Assembly: GCF_006345805.1 (NCBI RefSeq)
Contig: NW_021833936.1
Coordinates: forward strand, 1 to 64,000
DNA: 64,000 nt
Direction: 5' to 3'
From: Octopus sinensis
Taxonomy: Eukaryota
Positions 56,110 through 64,000 of this stretch are shown here, piece by piece. Each line of letters starts with the position of its first letter. Position 1 is the stretch's first letter. The position numbers and the translations under genes were made by a program. Below the pieces are notes generated by a model. The model saw only the letters and a program-made list of their open reading frames with translations, ran no database searches and was not told the DNA's origin.

Positions 56110-56660
56110 GGTGGTGGTGGTGGTGGTGGTGGTGGTGGTGGTGGTGGTAGTGGTGGTGTGGTGGTGGTGGTGGTGGTGGTGGTGGTAGTAGTAGTGGTGG
56201 TGGTGGTGGTGGTGGTGGTGGTGGTAGTAGTAGTAGTGGTGGTGGTGATGGTGGTAGTAGTAGTAGTGGTGGTGGTGGTGGTGGTGTGGTGGTGGTGGTA
56301 GTAGTGGTGGTGGTGGTGGTGGTGGTGGTGGTGGTGGTGGTGGTAGTGGTAGTAGTAGTAGTAGTATTGGTGGTGGTGGTGGTGGTGATGGTGGTAGTAG
56401 TAGCAGTAGTAGTTGTTATTGTAGGATGAGGAGGAGGAGGAGGACGACGACGACGACGATGACGACGAGCACTAGCAGCACCAGTTGTAGTAACAGTAGT
56501 AATAGTAGTAGCAGGAGGAGTAGTAGTAATAGCTGAGACCATGGCATCAATTGTATCAATGAATATCAGGAATAGTCGCAGCAGCAGCAGCAGCAGTAGC
56601 AGCAGCAGTAGCAGTCGTTGTAGTAGCAGCAGCAGCAACGGCAACAGCAGAACTGGGAGC
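55476..56660. repeat. Mosaic G-rich trinucleotide array (GGT/GAT/TAG/CAG)
   Basis: Direct reading. Confidence 0.9.
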
Positions 56661-56990
56661 AGTAGTGCCAGCAGCAGGAGATCGATTCGCTGTCTTCGCA
56701 GCAACCATTTTACTTGCTTGCTCAGTCCACTGTCTGCAAGCACACATACACACACACACGCACACGCACACGCACACACACAACACACACACACACACAC
56801 ACACACACAAATATGCACATACATACATACATACAGACAGACTTGTATGTACATACATATAATCATGCATGCACACATGCATACATATATGAATACATAC
56901 ATACTTACATACATACATACATCGATAGATTTGTACAGAGTCGTACATATAAGCATAAATGCATACAAACACAATATATGCATATATATG

Positions 56991-57065
<75 letters not shown>

Positions 57066-57220
57066 ATATATATATACAATAACGTATGCATGTCTTCATA
57101 CATACATTGCGTTATTATCTTCCATACTCACACATTAACCCACACACTTTCACCATATCATTGTGTTGTAATACATATTCGCTATCTTATATCACATTTA
57201 CACAACACACACACACATGC

Positions 57221-57261
<41 letters not shown>

Positions 57262-57820
57262 GCACGTACACACACACACACACACACACATGGATACATA
57301 TGCACACACGCAACACACGCATAAACCCGCACTTAAACCGCCATACACATGCGCAAACTCTCTTATATAGAACTTTGCATAAGTGTAACGACATGCCTTT
57401 CTAACACATGCACACAGATATGCATCTTCGGCAAGAAACAGATGCATGCATGAATACGATTAGAAAAACACTTTAAAGATATATCATCCCCAAGTGCCTA
57501 TGTGTGTGAGAAGGGGGTTGAGCTACATATGTATATTCGTACATAAAAGAACGCATGCGGATATTATTATTTGTTCGTCCTATGAAGAAATGCAAAGCCG
57601 CTATTTTCATACGGTCCAGCTTGGCTATACATGCATATACGCGTGAGATGTTTGCGCAGAGTAATTTTGTAATTCTCTTAAAGTCAGTGGTTTTGCCTGA
57701 ACGAAGCTTAGGTTAATGCTTGCTAAGAAGACGCACGTTCGAAAAGCTTACCGTCAATTTTTTTAATTTTTTTTATGTTGGACAGGATATGCTGGATGTA
57801 TAGAAAGAAAGCTACGACAT

Positions 57821-58145
57821 ATACGAGGGGAGAGCTGAAAAGTTCCTGACTTGTGCTTATAGTAGAAAGTACTATCAAAACGTCTATCTGCAAGAGCCGC
57901 GTTGGAATGACCTAACCGTACATCATTGCTACTTTGTGAATCAGAACAGGAACACAAAGGCAGCAGGATTACGCACCAAGGGAGGCCAAAAGCTGTGGCA
58001 GTAAACTTTAATGTGTTTTTTTTCAGCAGATTGAATTTCTGGTAGCTTCCTACAGTTGGGAGCATGAACCAATTGTCTTGGGTCAAGCTGGCCATTGAAG
58101 CTATCTCCTTCACAGCGAAGATAGTAATAATGAATGCGATGAACT
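57821..58145 (-). mobile_element. Mariner 3' remnant with TIR
   Basis: TIR tacgaggggagagctgaaaagttcc; minus strand gives AVKE...TQDNWF...KLPE. Confidence 0.55.
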
Positions 58146-58804
58146 TGGATGCAGGCATGGTTGTATGATGAAGAGGTTTGCTTCGCAACCACTTGGTTCC
58201 AAGTTCTATCCCTTGTCACGGCTCGTTGGGTAAAGGTCTTCTCCGATAGCTTCGGGTTGACCAATATCTGAGCAATGTAAGTCGTTAGGCAGATGTGCAG
58301 AACCCCCCTCATCAATATATAAAGTAATATTCCAGAAACCCTTTAGTATCTGTTTATCGTTTAAATGCTAAAGGGACTTCTGAATCCTTTTAACCTACAT
58401 TGATATAAACTCTCCCTCTCTCCTTCTGTCTTTCCCTCTCTCTCACTCATACATAAACACATATACACTCGTTCATACACCTCCCCACACATACACACAC
58501 TTGCTATTTGTAGACTCGTCGATGACAGTACATTTTAAAGAACAGCAACAGAAGATACAGCAGCGCATGGAACCGGAGAATTACTACTGCTATTGCACAA
58601 TGCCAGCGTTATTATATTCTCCTCGAACAAGGAACTCTGAAAAAGTGGTATTTCATCATTGCAGACACGCGTGAAAATCCAACTGCTACACTAACAATGA
58701 CTACCACTGAGACCCAAGAACCATTGGCCATAGTCTAGAAGATATTTGCTTAACGTCTTGATGTTGTTTAACAGTGGTATTGGTATGTGCATGTCCTATT
58801 ATTA

Positions 58805-59090
58805 GTGTTTTTGTTGTGAAGAAGTTCCAGCAGCAAGAATGACCCAAGCCATTGGTTCAAGCGCTCAGCTGTAGGAGGTTCCTGAAAATCCAGTCTGTTG
58901 GAAACTGCCACAGCTTGTTTTTCTTTCTTAGTGTGTATTCCAATGGCTTTTGGAAACTCCACAGTGTAGCAGGGAACAGCAAACAGATCGTTCCAATGCA
59001 GCTAAGAAGCCTAGCTATCCCTCTTGTAGACAGATATTTTGATAAAACGGGCATCAGATGTTCGGAGATAGAGACTCTATAAGCGAGCAT
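58805..59090 (+). mobile_element. Diverged copy of the same mariner 3' region, inverted
   Basis: gacccaagccattggttc and cttgtagacagatattttgata align with the reverse complement of 57860-58140. Confidence 0.45.
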
Positions 59091-60161
59091 CACAAATGGT
59101 GGACGTGTCCTATGCCCATGAAGCTAAGTGGTATGGAACTGAATTAAGTTATTATTAAGTACATGTAACCCCACCCAAGTGAAGGCACGAGGTTTAGCAG
59201 TAAAGCGTTAATCAAAAGCATTCCCTCTAATGATCATTCCAGACTTTTTTCAGATTTAGTGTATCTATTTAGAACTACATTATTCAATGTGTACTTCCCT
59301 TTTTATGATGATAGGGCATACGTTGAATGAGATTTAGTTGTTGTTTCTAACTTGATTGACTGCATAAAAGAGCCCGCTTTGTCTCTCATTAATGTTATGT
59401 CATTAGAAAGTGATTGGGAGTGGGAGCAGATGCGAAACAATACCAGATAAAATGTTTGCTATATTCGATCGCGTCCTTTTCCAGTTTCAGTTCAAAAATC
59501 GCCATAGAGTGAGTACCAGTAATATGCTGAAGTTTATCTTTACCGAAAGTATACCTTTTATTCAGATTGAGGTTCATGTAAAACATTCCTGGTTAGAAAC
59601 TCTCTGTCTATAACAAGCAGCAAACTGACACTAAGATGGGCAAAGGTCAAGTAAAACATTCCGATTTGAAATATTTCTATCTATAATAAGCAGCATTATA
59701 TCTGCAGATAAGATTTATTTGTTCCAAATAAAATGTAGGATAATCTATACATGATAGATCATAAAAAAATTGTCAAGAACAAGTCTGCCCAAAAGTACCT
59801 GCTGTACAGGAATACAGTAGACCAACAGCCATTTCGAAAGTGCCAAGAACCTGTAATTGTGAAACAATAAATCCATTGTTTTTAAACGACCAGATTTGTT
59901 ATTCAACTAGAATATCTAATACCCAGTCAGCATCTAACGTGCCAGAATTCACTGGTTATATCTCAAGCTACAGCTAATAATGAGTTCTTGCTCGTTATAT
60001 TTGCTCACAGGTTTGGATAAACGAGCCAATGAAAGAACTTCTATATCATCGTCCGATAAGAGTACTGTATACCCGAGAAAAGGCGAGATGGTCATGGCGT
60101 GAAACTTTTCTGTCAGGGATATTCTTAGTCAGGGCCGAGTTAAGGCTGAACAGCAACAACA

Positions 60162-60562
60162 GTGGAGGCGCAATGGCTGAGTGGTTAGGGCAGCGGACTC
60201 GCGGATTCGATTCCCAGACCGGGCGTCGTGTGTGTTTATTGAGCGAAAACACCTAAAGCTCCACGAGGCTCCGGCAGAAGGTGGTGGCGACCCCTGTTGT
60301 ACTCTTTCGCTCCAACTTTCTCTCATTCTTTCTTCCTGTTTATTGTCCCCGACTTCCTACGCAACCGCTGAGCCTGGATGCGCATTCATCCATCCGTCGA
60401 TGCTCTCGGTGTCGGGGGTTGACCTGCTCTCTCTTCTGCGGGTCTTACGAATAGCAAAGGACCACGTTTCGGACTTCTCCCACTACAGACAATCCCGAGG
60501 CGCGATCTTGCGAGCTCTGGGACGAAGACCGCATCCCTCAACAAACAAACAAACAAACAAAC
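60162..60562 (+). mobile_element. Family C head joined to 3' module Z with (AAAC)n tail
   Basis: C head to about 60340, then unrelated module; aacagcaacaa flanks both ends. Confidence 0.8.
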
Positions 60563-61918
60563 AGCAACAAGTTCTGGACATCGGTCAATGAAGGTGCCTT
60601 TATGTGATCACTCAATCCGTTAGAAATGGTAGTTGAGTTACCCTCAAATTACAGCCTGCCATTTAATAAAAAAATGGAGCTTTTTTTTAGTTTTATATCA
60701 GGAAAAAGACGGTACAGTCGTGGCTGGAGTGCCTTGAACCATGGATCTCCGATTAGGGCTGACCTGGCACTACACGGCAGCGATGTTTGGACAAATGTAA
60801 ATCACTTAACTGCGACCACAAAGCAATTACTGATAGTAAAGAGACTATCATTAATCGACAAACCACTGAGTTACATAACACTGTTCTAGCTGTTCTTAAG
60901 TAAGAAGCCAACGATGTGTAACTATAAAAGAGAAAGTCACCAATAGATTAGGTATTGTCACGGTATATAACGCATATTCCCACACACACGCGCACATACA
61001 CACGCGCGCACGCACACGTATGCACATACTGCATTGATAATCCTAATCATTGCTGATGGATGGATCTGATTTGGGATAGTCAAGCAATTGGCTCTATTTA
61101 TCACACTTGCGTAAAGTAAATAGATATTGATTACTTAATTGATTGGTTCTTTTTGTTTTTTGTTTTTTTTTATTTATTTTCATCGGTGGAAAGGAAATCC
61201 AACTGTAATATACCAGCTGGTGATATTCACTCCTATATATATCACTTAACTATAATACATTTCCAGAATTTTCTCTCCTTCAAATAATGTTACGCACAAC
61301 GCTTCGTATAATTCTCTACACCTCATATAACATCTTCAATGTAACACTTGCTATAATACTCACCACAACACTATATTTTATCTTTCAATACAGCTCTCCA
61401 TATAACACTACATACAAACCATCTTTCGTCTTACAACACAGCACTCTACATACACAGTTTTATCACTCAGGCCACATTAAGTATAAACACTCCACGCACC
61501 AAATGACAACTTGTTTTGTGGTTAACCCAACAGAACAATTTACAGGAGGTCTGGATTTCAATTGGAGCAGGCGATGAGAAAACAGTTTAATAGCGTTGCT
61601 TCAGTATGGCCACAGCCTTTGGACATTAACACATAAAGGAATAAAGGAATGCCACTCTACACGCAATATGCATTATCATTCAGCATATCATTCTACATAC
61701 TGTTTCAATACAATCTTACACATCACGCTGCATTAACCAATCGCCAAATAACACATACCAAAACGAGACAGACGAAGAAGCTTCTAGGCGGTCAATTGGC
61801 CTGTTAGAAATATCAGCCAGATCTCCCTCAAATCACTGTCTTTAAAATGGATGCAATGAACTGTGTAGTCGGGGGTACACTGTTCTAAAGAAAACAATAA
61901 AAATACTTTCTACTATTA

Positions 61919-62300
61919 GGGCGCAGGAGTGACTGTATGGTAAGTAGCTAGTTTACCAACCACACGGTTCCGGGTTCAGTCCCACTGCGTGGCACCTTGG
62001 GCAAGTGTCTTCTACTAAAGCCTCGGGCTGACCAAAGCCTTGTGAGTGGATTTGGTTGACGGAAACTAGAAGAAGCCCGTCGTATATTTATATATATATA
62101 TGTGTGTATGTGTGTATATGTTTGTGTGTCCGTGTTTGTCCTCCCCAACATCGCTTGACAACCGATACTGGTGTGTTTACGTCCCCGTAACTTAGCGGTT
62201 CGGCAAAAGAGACCGATAGAATAAGTACTAGGCTTACACAGAATAAACCCTGGGGTCGATTTGCTCGACTAAAGGCGGTGATCCAGCATGGCCGCAGTAA
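61919..62300 (+). mobile_element. SINE family B
   Basis: ggcgcaggagtgactgtatgg ... ccagcatggccgcag. Confidence 0.9.
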
Positions 62301-62414
62301 AAAAAAAACTATAGGCACAAGACCTGAAATTTAGAGCAGAGAAGGAGGAAAGGCAAAGTCATCCTCGTCGGAATTTGAACTCAGAACGTAAAGAAAACTA
62401 TAATAATAAAACCA

Positions 62415-62642
62415 GCTGGAGCAGTGCCTTCGATCATAAGTCTGCTCAGTCATAGTCCTTCAAAACTTCCATGCTTTCTGAGATTTGCCAACACTACACC
62501 TGATTTTCTCCCCTCCATACACACACAAGCATGTATCTGACTCATACATTGTTCGCTTTCCAGACATTTTTACATTACTGCATGTACTTTATATGCACTT
62601 TCTGACAAGTTGTGGTGCACCTGAGCACTGTATACAATAATT

Positions 62643-62708
<66 letters not shown>
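62415..62708 (+). mobile_element. Probable LINE (CR1/L2-like) 3' end with (ATT)n tail
   Basis: ccttcaaaacttcc end-of-ORF-like word, then UTR and (ATT)n; clade tentative. Confidence 0.35.
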
Positions 62709-62710
<2 letters not shown>

Positions 62711-62772
62711 GTCGAGTTATTTCAACAAACACCAAATATAATAGAAGAGCAACAAACACCAAATATGAAAAG

Positions 62773-62981
62773 CGGCAAGGTGGCAGGACCGTTAATACAC
62801 CTGAGAAAATACTTAGCTGCATTTTCTTCTGGCTATATACGTTCCGAGTTCAAATTCCGCCGAGGTCGACTTTGTCTTTCATCCTTTCGGGGTCGAGGAA
62901 ATAAGTACCAGTCAAACACTAGGGTCAATGTAATCGACTTATCACTACCCCAAATTTACTGGTCTTGTGCCAACTTTTGAA

Positions 62982-62985
<4 letters not shown>
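62773..62985 (+). mobile_element. SINE family A (short-tail variant)
   Basis: gcggcaaggtggcagg ... cttgtgccaacttttgaaa. Confidence 0.75.
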
Positions 62986-63029
<44 letters not shown>

Positions 63030-63575
63030 GAGTGAGAGAGCAGTGCATGCCTTCAAAGTGACACTGGGGTAAAATATACGAAGCCCAGTATACCCATCAT
63101 GACTACCCACCTGATAAGGATACACCAGGCACATGTATCACAACCATATGTGCGCGACATGGTTATCTCATATCAAGATAAACAGCGCATGACCTTGCAG
63201 GTGGGGCCCAGTTAGAATTTTCTTCTGGTCGCGTAACCCATCCCGCTCAAAAGGTGCCTGAATAAGGATTGTTTAAGGATGTTGAACGAACCACGCATGT
63301 TTCCAAAGGTGAATTATCCAAACCTCTAAGAATTTCTTTCAACACACGGCTATGATGCTCCCCTACTACTTCTGCTCGTGATCAGAGATGCACGTATCGT
63401 CAGCCACTAAGGGACATGGTCAACAGGTTAAGTTCAAACAACTGACAGGCAAATCTGTGGTATTGAGCAGAATATTTGCTGTAGCCCATCTTTTATACCA
63501 AGACAAAACAATGTACATGATAACACATCCAATCAGTTAAGATCAGAAGCCATGAGAGCCACTGCCTGATACTGC
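63030..63575 (-). mobile_element. Unclassified ~546-bp non-coding element embedded in (ATT)n/(CAT)n
   Basis: Flanked by trinucleotide arrays; second copy at 63714; orientation inferred from the (AAT)n tail on the minus strand. Confidence 0.65.
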
Positions 63576-63620
63576 ACATCATCATCATCATCATCATCAT
63601 CATTATTATTATTATTATTA

Positions 63621-63699
<79 letters not shown>

Positions 63700-63713
63700 C
63701 ATTATTATTATTA

Positions 63714-64000
63714 TGCCCAGACAGTGACTCTCATGGCTTCTGATCTGTTATCATGTACATTGCTTCTGGAAGTGTTATCATGTACATTGTTTTGTCTTGC
63801 TATAAAAGATGGGCTACAACAAATATTCTGCTCAATACCACAAATTTGCTTGTTAGTTGTTTGATCTTAACCAGATGAGCATTCCCTTAGTGGCTGATGA
63901 TATGTACATCTCTGAACACAAGCAGAAATAGTGGGGGAGCATCATAGCCATGTGTTGAGAGGAATTCTTTGAGGTTTGAATAATTTATCTCTGGAAACAT
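63714..64000 (+). mobile_element. Second, inverted copy of the 63030-63575 element (runs off the window)
   Basis: Reverse complement of 63297-63570. Confidence 0.8.

Noticed and set aside
59600-59990. RTCNC motif reminiscent of a Penelope GIY-YIG linker
   Set aside because: A single short motif; surrounding conserved residues not found.

Overview
Eukaryotic, AT-rich, gene-poor 64 kb made almost entirely of SINEs, decayed transposons and microsatellites. The repeat families look like those I associate with Octopus (coleoid cephalopod); that assignment is recollection, not verified. I found no intact protein-coding gene: almost all listed ORFs are translations of microsatellites or SINEs. Four tRNA-headed SINE types recur (labelled A-D here), with clear module swapping and multimer formation. 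Fossils of mariner, hAT (Buster/SPIN-like), Chapaev-like, Helitron-like, RTE, R4/Dong-like and L1/Tx1 ORF1-type elements are recognisable from residual protein motifs. The most notable structure is an ~80-bp-arm palindrome at 13426-13591 made of two inverted minimal type I hammerhead ribozymes (Penelope-like pLTR context), one with an intact catalytic core. Also notable are a 218-bp near-perfect local inverted insertion with an 8-bp flanking duplication (37366-38081) and several close inverted-repeat pairs. Coordinates of degenerate elements are approximate.
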